A stretch of DNA of 63,439 nt, the filler included, from Octopus bimaculoides (Eukaryota): NCBI RefSeq assembly GCF_001194135.2. It is 5 parts of 5 records of this genome, joined end to end, with 100 filler letters (N's around TTAATTAATTAA, not from the genome) between each part and the next. Parts side by side here need not be neighbours in the genome. Positions count along the whole stretch, not along the records: positions 6,462 to 31,300 come from NC_068986.1; positions 31,401 to 50,391 come from NC_069009.1; 3 more parts are not named here. The stretch is one strand, 5' to 3'. Every line of letters starts with the position of its first letter. Positions within the stretch are counted from its first letter, which is position 1. Below are positions 27,751-40,200 of this stretch, piece by piece. The translations under genes were made by a program, and so were the position numbers. Under the pieces are notes generated by a model, which made no database searches, was not told the DNA's origin, and worked only from the letters and a program-made list of their open reading frames with translations.

Positions 27751-27964
27751 GTAAGGCGGTGAGCTGGCAGAATCGTTAGCACGCCGGGCGAAATGCTTAG
27801 CGGTATTTCGTCTGACGCTACGTTCTGAGTTTAAATTTCGCCGAGGTCGACTTTACCGTTTATCCTTTCGAGGTTGATAAATTAAGTACCAGTTGAATAC
27901 TGGGTCAATGCAATCGACTGGTCCCTTTCCCCAAAATTTCAGGCTTTGTCCCTATAGTAGAAAG
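27751..27964 (+). mobile_element. tRNA-derived SINE, family B (Meta/MESC-like central domain)
   Basis: Head gagctggcagaatcgttagc..gttctgagtttaaatt, core gtcgactttaccgtttatcctttcgaggttgataaattaagtaccag. 17-bp direct repeat tattattatcagttaac at 27734-27750 and 27965-27981. The domain name is from memory. Confidence 0.85.
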
Positions 27965-28662
27965 TATTATTATCAGTTAACATTTTAACAATTAACGAGT
28001 CCTTTGTTCCTTAAATCACTCCGAGAGGTTTTTCAAAGTCCTTCCATCACCAATCGTAACCTTATCTATGACATGTGCAGACCTGAAGTAGAGGTGGCAT
28101 GCCATTGACTAGGTCATGAATGGCGACGAAAATACTATGACAAAAATAGCTATTTGACAGAAATATTAATCAAGCAGTCGGTGACTTAAATGGTTGAGAG
28201 TTTAACTGTGTAGTAATAATAACAGAAGCGAAATATAACAAGTGTGGGTCTTTCTTATTGGCATCATGACCCTCTCAAGATACAACAAAATAATTGGGTA
28301 CCTTCGTTAGAGTTACATATCTTCCATATGATAGCAATCAACTACTAATAAGAGATTAGCCCAGGGTGTTATCTGATAGATTCTATTATGAAAGATCTGC
28401 GATTTTCAACAAATAAAATTTGCTATGGCTGAGGGAACAGTGTTGTCAGCCACGTGGTTGAAGCGTCTTCAGCTGGCGCCTTTGCAGCGGAACTGTACCG
28501 CTTAATAGATAGAACATTAAACGTTTCAAGCCCTATTTGCCATAAGAGAGTTCATAGAAAGCCTGTGGTAAGTTCAATTTTTTTGAGGAGTGACGATTGT
28601 TTCCGGCATGCGGCTTCCGCCTGGGGGTAAGGAAGAAAATGTAAGTCTGATCGGTTGAATCG

Positions 28663-28858
28663 TTAAGGCGTCGAACAAACAGCTTTGTAGTATTCGTTCC
28701 GGCTCAGAATTTTTTAGTTCAAATTCCACAGGAGGCAGCTTTTACCATTCATTCCTCCGGGATCGATACAATAAAGTACCAGTCGGATACTCTGGTTTAT
28801 CTTATCGTCTAACATCATCCCACATATTTCAGGACCGGTGCCTATGTTACAAACAATT
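28663..28858 (+). mobile_element. SINE family B copy, degenerate
   Basis: Recognisable ttcaaattcc..cattcctccgggatcgat..aagtaccag..tttcaggaccggtgcctatg; abuts the family C insertion. Confidence 0.65.
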
Positions 28859-29245
28859 GTTGTTGTTGGCACTCCGTCGCTTATGACGTCGAGGGTTCCA
28901 GTTGATCCGATCAACAGAACAGCCTGCTCGTGAAATTAACGTGCAAGTGGCTGAGCACTCCATAGACACGTGTACCCTTAACGTAGTTCTCGGGGATATT
29001 CAGCGTGACACAGTGTGACAAACTTGGCCCTTTGAATTACAAACACAACAGAAACAGGAAGTAAGAGTGAGAGAAATTTGTGGTGAAAGAGTACAGTAGG
29101 GTTCACCACCATCCCCTGCCGGAGCCTCGTGGAGCTTTAGGTGTTTTCGCTCAATAAACACTCACAACGCCCGGTCTGGAAATCGAAACCGCGATCCTAT
29201 GACCGCGAGTCCGCTGCCCTAACTACTGGGCCATTGCGCCTCCAC
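28859..29245 (-). mobile_element. tRNA-derived SINE, family C (~390 bp, (AAC)n tail)
   Basis: Reverse complement of 33807-34195 with few differences. tRNA-like head gtggaggcgcaatggcccagtagttagggcagcggactcgcgg. Direct repeat acaaacaatt at 28849-28858 and 29247-29256. Confidence 0.9.
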
Positions 29246-29505
29246 AACAAACAATTTACCCGGCAGCTAAACAAATAAATACTTCAGCTATGGTACTCCG
29301 AAATAAATAGATACTGGTGCGTATTGGAGTTATTATTGTTGTTTTTGTAGTTGCTGTTATTGCTTTATTCTTAGTCAACCCCGATCGAGAAGACCTTTGA
29401 CTAAACACAATCCATATATGATCCTTTTGTATTTTTTCTACGTCCAGAGAATCCAGGTTCTCTCTACCCGACACGACCCTTCCCTTTTCCATTTTGTGTT
29501 TGGAC

Positions 29506-29761
29506 CTGTGGTTCTCAACCATTTGTTATTTACTTATGGACCTCTTTGATCCCTATTTTATTCAGCTGGATCCTTATAATGATTTGATGTTCTAAAAATC
29601 TTATTATATTTTTATTATTAAATATAAGGAATTCTATACAAAAATTGTTAAAATATTTTGTGTATTTTAGAAGTATAACCAATTTTATTTCACATGAATT
29701 TTAAGAACAAAATCTCAAATGGACTCCTAAAAGTCATATGAACCTCGATTAAGTACCACTT
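29506..29761. mobile_element. hAT-type MITE (256 bp)
   Basis: Ends ctgtggttctcaacc ... gattaagtaccactt are a decayed CAGTGGTTCTCAA-type TIR pair, flanked by an exact 8-bp TSD gtttggac (29498-29505 and 29762-29769). Confidence 0.75.
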
Positions 29762-29925
29762 GTTTGGACAGTAGGGTGCGATATGAGGGCGATTAAACTG
29801 TATTTCTAATAGGTCGAACGACCACATCAATGATTCTTCATTTGGCTCCATACAAGCAAGTGGCTTATAATGAAGAATCATTTAATCTTCACGTTAAATA
29901 GAAAATAATAAGAGAGAGAGAGGGG

Positions 29926-29976
<51 letters not shown>

Positions 29977-30436
29977 ATTTGATTCTCTTTGAAAATCATT
30001 GTGTATTTATTTCATAAACTGTTGGTGATATTTAAACTAAATTAAATATCCAATATATTTTGCTTCCTGAAATTTTTATTCTGCCAATCGATTATGTTAT
30101 ATTTTATTGTTATTTACATAGTTTTTATAACTCAATTGGATTGATAAGTTTATTTAGTCAATTAAGCATTAAAAATATTATTTGTAAGAAAAAAAAATCC
30201 GTCTCTATTATTGACTTTCTTCGACTTCATATTATTAGCCACGGACGAGTGGCTATGGAATAATGGTTCAAATTCACAAGAAATTTTGTTGTTTATTTTC
30301 ACAAAAATACTCTTAAATCGACATGCATCATTGCATCGGCTGTCGAAAATGTGCATCGGATCACTTCGTAATGCTACCAGCCAGCTAAGGGACTCTCAGC
30401 ATTGTCGCTCAATGTGCTAGAAATAACAGCCAAATC

Positions 30437-30710
30437 TTTTATTTTTTACTTGTTTCAGTCATTGGACTGCGGCAATGCTGGGTACCACCTTGAAGGGATT
30501 TAGTTGAGCAGATCGAATCAAATACTTGCTTTTGAAAGCCTGGTACGTATTCTGTAGGTCTATTTTTTCTGTGTCCCTAAGTTACGGAAAGGTAAACAAA
30601 CCAACACAGGTTGTCAAACGGTGGAGGGGACAAACACGAACACAAAGACACGCAAAGGTATGCGGTGGAGTGGGAATAAGCACAGGTACAAAGACACAGA
30701 TATATTTTGC

Positions 30711-30746
<36 letters not shown>

Positions 30747-30900
30747 GACAAGCTTTTATAGTTTTCGTCGACCAAATCCACTCATAAGGCATTACTCGAC
30801 CCGGGGTTATTACAGAAGACACTTGCGCGAGATGCCAGTGAGACTCGGTGAGACTCAGCGTGAAAGCTCTTGGCTGCAAAGCAAGTTCTTACCCACAGAG
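30437..30900 (-). mobile_element. SINE family A copy
   Basis: Tail tttcagtcattggactgcggcaatgctgg, internal (TA)n, head gaagacacttgc..cttacccacag. Confidence 0.8.
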
Positions 30901-30926
30901 CAGTACACATTAAACAACGTTGCCCT

Positions 30927-31123
30927 AAAGCGGTTAGCTGGCAGAATCGTTAGCACGCCGGGCGAAATGCTTAGTGGTATTTCTGAGTTCAAATTCCGCC
31001 GAGGTCGACTTTACCTTTCATCCTTTCGGGGCCGATAAATTAAGTACCAGTGAAACACTGGAGTCGATGTAATCGACCAGTCGCCTCCCAAAAATTTCAG
31101 GCATCGTGCTTGTAGTAGAAAGG
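30927..31123 (+). mobile_element. SINE family B copy
   Basis: Same head and core as 27751-27964. 18-bp TSD attaaa(c/t)aacgttgccct at 30909-30926 and 31124-31141. Confidence 0.85.
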
Positions 31124-31400
31124 ATTAAATAACGTTGCCCTGGAAATTAAAATGGGATGACCCTAAATGAAGAGTATGGATCTATTTTAAAACGGGGGCC
31201 ACATTTTTCATTAATGTTTTACGTAGTGTTTTTGGTACGGAAAGACTTTCAAACTTCGTATACTTATCTATTTTGTGTTATAGAACAGAAAAATATTTTT
31301 NNNNNNNNNNNNNNNNNNNNNNNNNNNNNNNNNNNNNNNNNNNNTTAATTAATTAANNNNNNNNNNNNNNNNNNNNNNNNNNNNNNNNNNNNNNNNNNNN

Positions 31401-31597
31401 TCTTCTTCATGATCTCTGACAATTATATCTGGCCTATTGTCCTTTTAATTTCTCTCTATCTGTGTGTATTGGCATATGCGAGAATATGGTTGCTTTCTCG
31501 TATTCTGTGACCTTTTCTGGCCTGTGCTTATACCATCTTTTTTCTGTTGTTATTCCATAGTGTTGGCATAGCTTCCAGTGTATGTAGGTCCCAGCTC

Positions 31598-31600
<3 letters not shown>
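31401..31600 (-). mobile_element. R4/Dong-like LINE C-terminal fragment
   Basis: Minus strand: AGTYIHWKLCQHYGITTEKRWYKHRPEKVTEYEKATI..HMPIHTDR..NRPDIIVRD, the region just before the RLE nuclease. Confidence 0.75.
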
Positions 31601-31639
<39 letters not shown>

Positions 31640-31845
31640 ATCGGTAAACTGACAGAATCGTTAACAGGCTGGAGGAAATGCTTAGTGGTATTTAGCCCGC
31701 GGCTACGTTCTGAGCTCAAATTCTGCCGTGATCGAATTCACCTTTCATCCGTTTGGTGTCGATAAAATAAGTATCAGCAACATACTGGGGTCGATGTAAT
31801 CGACAAGAACTTCCCCAAAATTTCAGGCATTGTACCTATAATAGG
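31640..31845 (+). mobile_element. SINE family B copy, degenerate
   Basis: gacagaatcgttaac..gttctgagctcaaattctgcc..cctttcatccgtttggtgtcgataaaataagta..aaaatttcaggcattgtacctata. Confidence 0.75.
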
Positions 31846-32030
31846 ACGGAGTGTATTCCTTTTTATTTTATTATTATTTTTTATCATTTCCTTAAATGTA
31901 ATCTCCCACACTTTGTCTGTCTCTGTAGAGTCCCTCATCCTTCACCCTTGTGGGTAAAAATAATAATGATGATAATAATAATATAAATAATAATAATAAT
32001 AATAATAATAGTACTAATGATAATAATAAC

Positions 32031-32069
<39 letters not shown>

Positions 32070-32963
32070 NNNNNNNNNNNNNNNNNNNNNNNNNNNNNNN
32101 NNNNNNNNNNNNNNNNNNNNNNNNNNNNNNNNNNNNNNNNNNNNNNNNNNNNNNNNNNNNNNNNNNNNNNNNNNNNNNNNNNNNNNNNNNNNNNNNNNNN
32201 NNNNNNNNNNNNNNNNNNNNNNNNNNNNNNNNNNNNNNNNNNNNNNNNNNNNNNNNNNNNNNNNNNNNNNNNNNNNNNNNNNNNNNNNNNNNNNNNNNNN
32301 NNNNNNNNNNNNNNNNNNNNNNNNNNNNNNNNNNNNNNNNNNNNNNNNNNNNNNNNNNNNNNNNNNNNNNNNNNNNNNNNNNNNNNNNNNNNNNNNNNNN
32401 NNNNNNNNNNNNNNNNNNNNNNNNNNNNNNNNNNNNNNNNNNNNNNNNNNNNNNNNNNNNNNNNNNNNNNNNNNNNNNNNNNNNNNNNNNNNNNNNNNNN
32501 NNNNNNNNNNNNNNNNNNNNNNNNNNNNNNNNNNNNNNNNNNNNNNNNNNNNNNNNNNNNNNNNNNNNNNNNNNNNNNNNNNNNNNNNNNNNNNNNNNNN
32601 NNNNNNNNNNNNNNNNNNNNNNNNNNNNNNNNNNNNNNNNNNNNNNNNNNNNNNNNNNNNNNNNNNNNNNNNNNNNNNNNNNNNNNNNNNNNNNNNNNNN
32701 NNNNNNNNNNNNNNNNNNNNNNNNNNNNNNNNNNNNNNNNNNNNNNNNNNNNNNNNNNNNNNNNNNNNNNNNNNNNNNNNNNNNNNNNNNNNNNNNNNNN
32801 NNNNNNNNNNNNNNNNNNNNNNNNNNNNNNNNNNNNNNNNNNNNNNNNNNNNNNNNNNNNNNNNNNNNNNNNNNNNNNNNNNNNNNNNNNNNNNNNNNNN
32901 NNNNNNNNNNNNNNNNNNNNNNNNNNNNNNNNNNNNNNNNNNNNNNNNNNNNNNNNNNNNNNN

Positions 32964-34560
32964 TGTATCGATCATGCTATCTGATACCGATAACACGCTA
33001 TAACGCGTGACATTACAATGTCTATTTCTCTGATCTAAGCTTCTTAGCAACATTATAGGAACGCCCGTTATCAAATTGATAATAGGAATTGGCATACCAC
33101 TTATATTAAGACAATTCAGAAATTCAGGAGGACAGTGTGAAGATTGTTGATATTCTGCAACAAAATCAATACTCCTCAGACTACATGTTTCATCTGGAAA
33201 TTTCTGGATTATGTGGCTATTTAGATTATCTACTTTGTTGTTAATATTGCTCGTGAGGATAACAATCAGGCATTGTTAAAGTTAACCTCTAAATCTTCAT
33301 AAACATGGTGGATCAAATCCTCTTTGTTGTTGACTTGAAATTGCTGAGGAATCTCTATTACATCATCATATAATTGCCTTTGAACATTGGGGATTCTTCC
33401 ATCACCAGCTTGCACTAGCCAAACAGAATTATATGCCAGTCGAGCTCTTGAGAGGTGGTATCATTACTGCTGAGACAGTTTTGCACTCTCATATTACTGG
33501 TGAGATGAAGTACTTTGTATTTGTACCAAATTACGGATATTTTTCAAACATGCTCTAATTAGGGAAGACCTTAGTTCTCTTCGAACAACTAGAAGTATTT
33601 GACGGAAATCACCACCTAAAATTATCAATATGCCGTCAAAGATCAAGTCGTTGTTCATTACATCCTTCATTGTTCGATTCAACGCTTCAAATAGATTACG
33701 ATGTCACATGAGTGTCTCGTACCAAATAATCAAGCGTGCATCATGAAGCAAACACCCAGTGACATCACGAGGAGATATTTTGCATGTTGAATTATAGTCT
33801 AGCGATGTGGAGGCGCAATGGCCCAGTGGTTAGGACAGCGGACTCGCGGTCATAGGATCGCGGTTTCGATTCCCAGACCGGCCGTTGTGAGTGTTTATTG
33901 AGCGAGAATACCTAAAGCTCCACAAGGCTCCGGCAGGGGATGGTGGCGAACCTTGCTGTACTCTTTCACGACAACTTTCTCTCACTCTTACTTCCTGTTT
34001 ATGTTGTGCCTGTAATTCAAAGGGTCAGCCTTGTCACACTGTGTCACGCTGAATATCCCCGAGAACTACGTTAAGGGTACACGTGTCTGTGGAGTTCTCA
34101 GCCACTTGCACGTTAATTTCACGAGCAGGCTGTTCCGTTGATCGGATCAACTGGAACCCTCGACGTCGTAAGCGACGGAGAGCCAACAACAACACATAGT
34201 CTACCGATATAGGGAGCTTGAATCGAGTGTGAGCAGTGTGACCTAGCTTCAATAGTGTCGCAGCAATGCCTGATGATGCTGTCGTAATGGCTAGTTGGTT
34301 GTTTTTGGGAACATATATTGAGAAGAAAAGTTTTATCAGTACCCTCGGGTGCATCAATAAATATCAAACCACCTTCATTTCTATCCATGTTTTGATGAAT
34401 TTCAGGTATTCAGCCAATTTCTTACATGATCCGTGCAATTTGTGGAATTTTACGTATCATGCACGTATATTTTTTACAAGTTTATTATATATTCTTACTT
34501 GTATTCGAATTTGTAATGTTTTGAGAACTGCTGCAAAATTTTAACACCAAAACTTGTAAG
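32964..34560 (-). mobile_element. Helitron PIF1-like helicase region, pseudogenised and split by a SINE
   Basis: GGLIFIDAPEGTDKTFLLN (motif I), ASSGIAATLLKLGHTAHTRFKLPI, RLIIW*, LGGDFRQIL (motif III) and GVPIMLLRSLD..CNVTRY. The Rep domain is not seen. Confidence 0.85.
33807..34195 (+). mobile_element. SINE family C, inserted into the Helitron helicase
   Basis: A-box-like tggcccagtgg, B box ggtttcgattccc, tail gccaacaacaac. Flanked by atagtcta(g/c)cgat at 33794-33806 and 34196-34208. Confidence 0.9.
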
Positions 34561-35237
34561 AAACGTGTGTTAACCAGGCGCACATACATGTAAATATAAT
34601 TTTTTTATGTGCATAAATACAAAATTTTTAAATCTTAGAAATTTCGTGTAGTCTAAACATTAATGCAGGTATGCGTATATAAAAACATATGTTACAATTT
34701 TTCCGAAAGTCGAAACCAACGGAGACAATGATACTTGAGTTGTGTATATATAGTCTATCAGTGGTCTGTCCTTGGGCAGATCTTGTTCTTGTGAACCTTC
34801 TCCAGTACTCTCTGTATGAACTGGGATGACCCACACCTTGCCCTGCTACTGTTAAACAGTTTGCTAGAATTACGACTACAATGACAAGACTTGGCATGAA
34901 AAGTAGTGTGGTTTGTCGTTGCGTCCTCCAAGCAGTGGGGATTTGAACTCAAAACGCAGGGAACCAGAATATATAAAGTAAAGCATTTTTGACGACGCAC
35001 CAACGATTTAGCACCCATTAGTGCAACAACATAGCCACTATGGTATATACATTGATAGACAGAAACTTCTCTGGTATATTTATATATGTATAAATGAGTA
35101 TCCATCCATCCCTCCATACACACATACATACATACATACATACATATATACATACACACATACATACTTGTCTCTATCTCTCTCCATCTATTTCTATACA
35201 TACATCATCATCATCATCATCATCATAATTATTTTTA

Positions 35238-36170
35238 TTAAGGTGGCAAGGTGGCAGAATCGTTTGCACGCTGCGTAAAACGTTTAGCAGACTTTCGTAT
35301 GTCTTTACGTTGAGTTAAAATTCCAACTTTCGTCCCTTGTGGGGTCGATTACATAATTACTAATTACGCTCTGGGGACGATATAATCAATTTACCCCTCC
35401 CCGCAAATTTCAGGCCTTGTGCCTATTGTAGAAAGGATTATTAAGGCGACGAGTTGACAGAATCGTTAATGCACTGGACAAAATGCTTAGCAATATTTCG
35501 TCCGTCTTTACGCCCTGAGTTTATATCATGACAAAATCGACTGTCCCTTTAATCCTTCCTTTGTCAAAAAAAATAAGTACCAGTTGAGCATTGCGATGGA
35601 TATAACAGACTGACACTCTCCCTAGATATTGCTGGACTTGTGCCAAAATTATGAAATTAGTATTTCGGTCTGTGTAAATGGGCCTACGCTTGTAAACCGG
35701 AGAAGTTGAAAAGGAACGTGACTAATGCTGAGGTGCCTTTAAGCAGTCGGGGTAACCAGGATTTGACGGGTTCCCTGGTTGTCCCTGGGTGGAACTCCCT
35801 CCTTTTGGAGAATTTTATTGACTTATTGTTCTTGCTTTAACTTTATACACGAAGTTTTGTACTGAACCCCACTTGTCCCTTGTGTTGTATTTCTCCTTTT
35901 CTGTTTAATGTCCTGCCTCCGTGGCTAAGAACAAAAACATTATTATTATTATTAATGCGTTTAGCTGACATGTCCATTAGTACGTCGGACAAATGTAAGT
36001 AGTTGCATTTCGTCCGTCTTTACTTTCTAAGTTCAAATTCCTCGAGTTTGAATTGGTCTTTCGTCTTTCCGGGATCGATGAGATAACAATTTAGCAACGG
36101 GGTCGAAGTAATGGACAGACCCTCCCCTAAAAATTCCAGCTTTGTGACAAAATTAGAAAGAACTATTATT
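35238..36170 (+). mobile_element. Cluster of three degenerate SINE family B copies
   Basis: Copies at ~35238-35442, ~35443-35660 (head-to-tail) and ~35955-36170, each with the gcaga/gacagaatcg head and aaattt/ccag..ttgtg tail. Confidence 0.7.
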
Positions 36171-36789
36171 AGCCATCATACATAACATCCAAGCTTGAGT
36201 TTTCTCTAAATTCACTTTCTTTATACTATTTTCGAGCGCTGAAATTGTAACTGTTGTTTTGCGGATTCCTCCATGTTTCTACTGAATAAGATTCTCCCAG
36301 TTCTAATGACAGAACTGGCATCAGCTGGTTTTGAGAACTTTTTCTATACATATCTTCTATTAATTTCTTTTCTCACAATTCTAAATAGAGGAGTATTTTT
36401 AGGAGAAAATGTATTCGCCTCACCACTGACGTCATACTTAAACGACCTGCCATAGTAGTCGGCCAAGAGAGGTGGTTGCCACTCCCATTGAAAGCAACAA
36501 AGTAACTACAAACAATAAGAGCCAAAACAGTAAACAACATCAAAGACGACGGCAGCAACAATAACAAAATACTACCAGTGTAAACTACAACTCCTACGAC
36601 AACAACAATAATAGTGTAATCAGTACCAGCAATGAAACTATAAACAATGGTGCTGAAAGGTTTTTATAGCAACAAGAATAACAGCTGTGTCGTAGACATC
36701 AGCAGCAGCCGCCACAATTAACAAAACAACAACACGAATGAGAACAAAAGTATGAGCACAAGCTACAAGTGCAGCAGCAAGGACAACAA

Positions 36790-37010
36790 CTATCATCATC
36801 ATCATCATCATCATCGTTTAACGTCCGCTTTCCATGCTAGCATGAGTTGGACGAGTTGACTGAGGACTGGTGAAACCAGATGGCTACACCAGGCTCCAAT
36901 CTGAGTTTCTACAGCTGGATGCCCTTCCTAACGCCAACCACTCCGAGAGTGTAGTAGGTGCTTTTACGTGCCACCCGCACGAAGGCCAGTCAGGTGGTAC
37001 TAGCAACTAT
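36790..37010 (-). mobile_element. Retroposon (SINE/LINE tail) ending in (CAT)n
   Basis: (cat)n-cgtttaacgtccgctttccatgctagcatg...ggatgcccttcctaacgccaacc, recalled as a common cephalopod retroposon 3' part. Confidence 0.55.
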
Positions 37011-37090
37011 AACGAAGAAAATTCATAACGAAAAAAGTTATCTTTAGCGAATGTTACAAAGCGTGGGATCGTCCATCTACTTCAAGGGGA

Positions 37091-37210
37091 AGTGGGTGTC
37101 ATTAAAATTAAGTAGGTGTCATTAAAATTAAGTTGGTGTCATTAAAATTAAGTGGGTGTCATTAAAATTAAGTGGATGTCATTAAAATGTCATGAATGTC
37201 ATTAAAAATT
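37091..37210. repeat. 20-bp tandem repeat, about 5-6 copies
   Basis: agtgggtgtcattaaaatta units back-to-back from 37091, decaying after 37190. Confidence 0.9.
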
Positions 37211-37299
37211 ATAGGAACGATATCGTTCACCGTGCGCAGAAACAAAGCCACAATACTCTTCCCCGACCGAAATAGAAAAAAATATTTGCATGATTTGTA

Positions 37300-40200
37300 G
37301 CCTTCTGTAGTGTATGTCTCCCAAAGAATGCATCAGGGGACCATGGTAGACATCTGTAGCAATAAAAGTAATGTGCATAGGATGGATACGACCTGCACTT
37401 TCCTGGAGTTCGCGATGCTACACTTGGATATGGGAAGTCATGTGACGAAACTGAGGATCACAAACATACCTCCTGATAGGGACCAAGTCAGGGTAATAGC
37501 CACTTTAGAGGATCACGGGGAAATGATAAGCATGAAACCAAACCCCCAACAAAATAGGAACGTTATGTAATCCCAAGTTTTGGCTGTTCCAGAAGACGTT
37601 GCTTGCATACCAAACTTTTCTCTATTTCAGAGATTGCGGGGCAGATGTAGGTGGTCGTGAGGGGTAGGAATCACAGATGTTATATTTGTGACAAAATAGA
37701 TCACATGAAAGCTTTCTACTTCACAGTAGTGTAATTTAAAGCAATGACTCGCTCCTTGTCGCTGCTCACAACGCCAAGAAGGCGGTAGCAGCACCCATTG
37801 CAACAACCATAAACACAAGGGCTACAGAACTTACATCCAGTCAGGGAAAAGCGGGAAACAAGTCTCTTGGCCACCTTCAAAACTACGACTACCACTACCA
37901 ACAGCAACGGCAAACGATACAGAAGACATTAAATGCAAATCCAGTCTACTCTTCGGATATAGAAGTGGTCTCCGAAGACACCAAAGCACCTGAGAGGGTG
38001 ATTATCGGTTGACCTCCGAAAAGAAAATGAGCGGTGGGGCTGGTGACAATACTGACTTGACCCTTAATTTCTCAAAATTTTATACATGAAGTCCAATAAG
38101 TCGGAGACCAGTGTCCCTAGTCTCGTAAACAAAGTGATAGAAAAACAATTACAACACCCACAACAACTTGAACAACAAGATACACACCTACAACAGCAGC
38201 ATCAAGAACAGAAACAGAAATATTCTCAACAACAGTGAGAGTCACATCGGGGTCGGTAAGAAATGGACCACAGACAAAAGCAAACAAAACAGCAATTGCA
38301 TTAACTGCATGGGACGTAGCATTTAGAGCAACCTCTCACGGATGAGCCTCGCAACTGAACAGTTCTCCGAAAGTAAAACGTTAAGATTATAATGTTCACA
38401 AACTCTAACAAAAATTAAATTGTAACTAGCCAGGGTCTTCATGCACCCAACATTTCTAAAACTGTACAAGGAAGGGCTCTGGTAAGAACACCGCCAACAA
38501 TATACCATGTTTTGAGGAAAAGTTTCCAGCATGAGATGAGAGGATTGAAAGACTTGTTATACAGAAGGAGCTCTGAAGGCTTAGGCAAGGCCTCAAAAAG
38601 GTCTTCTTAGACCTGGTCGGTAGGCAGGTGGCCTTAGATATGAGCAGCTGGAAAGGAAAAAGTGGAGCCTGGATATCTTTTGGCGTCTAGTGTATTTCGC
38701 TCATTAGTGTTAGTGCGTGCTTGGAACGGGTCTTTGGACACACACAAATATTATGTGGGAGTAGGAGAGTGGGGTGCACAAACCACGCAAGTATTCTCGN
38801 NNNNNNNNNNNNNNNNNNNNNNNNNNNNNNNNNTGTGGACATGATCAAATTGCAGAGAGTCATCCAAGTCATCCTTAGGTAGGGCTCTGTAAGATTAGTG
38901 GATAGGTGTAGTTTAAATTTTCCACAGCTTCAGATAGTTGGCTACTTAGAAAACAAGCTGGGGACGTCTATAATCAATATATAAAAAAAAAACTAATAAA
39001 CAAGGAGCCTGTTACTGGAAAATGACCGCGTCNNNNNNNNNNCACACACAAATATTATGTGGGAGTAGGAGAGTGGGGTGCACAAACCACGCAAGTATTC
39101 TCGGATATTTCCTATTTTCTGACAGGCCTCAATTTTCCGAATACACCAATGTGGACATGATCAAATTGCAGAGAGTCATCCAAGTCATCCTTAGGTAGGG
39201 CTCTGTAAGATTAGTGGATAGGTGTAGTTTAAATTTTCCACAGCTTCAGATAGTTGGCTACTTAGAAAACAAGCTGGGGACGTTTATAATCAATATATAA
39301 AAAAAAAAAACTAATAAACAAGGAGCCTGTTACTGGAAAATGACCGCGTCCTTTCCGGTGTGAAAGTTCCAGGGATTAGATTAGTATACTAGCCAAGCAA
39401 GAATTGAGGGGAGATCATGAACAACAGGTTGTGGATTTCACTAAAGAGGAAAATCAGCGATATCTGATAGTTTCAGCAGTGATTGCTATAGAGAAATACA
39501 GACTAGAAAATAAACTTCTTAGTAGCTTAGAAGAGGTACATAAGAGAAGATAGAAATAGAGAGGAACGTGCTAGCGGTGAGAATGGATCTCGACTATTTA
39601 CCGACGGGAAACACGAAGATTGCATTGTCCGAGCTACATTGCGTTCTCTGAAACATGCAAGCTCAAAAGCCGTCAGTTGGTTCCGTGTGGTGGAGGTGCA
39701 GCATATCATTATAGCAAGTATTCACTCACTAGCAGACCGCAGCGGTAATGTGTACTCCGATTCTAAACAAATGACTGCTGTGTTTCGGTAGCAATTCGTC
39801 AAAGTGTTTTCGAGGAGCGATATACGTCAGACCGCGGCCTTTAAGGATTACTTGGATGGTTTGCTGCGCCTATCAGACAGGGAGACTGAGTGCTGCAAGA
39901 AACTGATTTCAGCAGATGGAAGTGATAGATATGCTGATCCGCTGTGAGGGGCATACATCTCCAGCATTGCATAATCTGCCTTAAGAACTCTATATCCATA
40001 TAGCAACCTTTTACTGTAACTGACAACAAACTGAGACTGTTCCCACACGTGTAAACCAAAGAATGACTGAGGAAGGATCCAAACAGGGGTATGTGATTGA
40101 AAACGTTAGGCTCATAACTCTGCTCGATATACTGGCCAAGATGCTAGCGTTGGTTGTCAGTAGTATAGTTCGAGACGTACAAATCTGCGATCTACGACAG

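Noticed and set aside
33807-33885. Possible tRNA genes (also 25565-25638, 57987-58060)
   Set aside because: The A/B boxes run directly into multi-copy SINE bodies, and I cannot fold a full cloverleaf with an acceptor stem.
37091-37210. Possible CRISPR-like array
   Set aside because: The units are contiguous with no unique spacers, the context is eukaryotic, and no cas genes are present.
38738-39350. ~300-bp direct tandem duplication
   Set aside because: The near-identical copies are separated by a 10-N gap and the first copy is itself gapped, typical of an unmerged contig overlap or haplotype.
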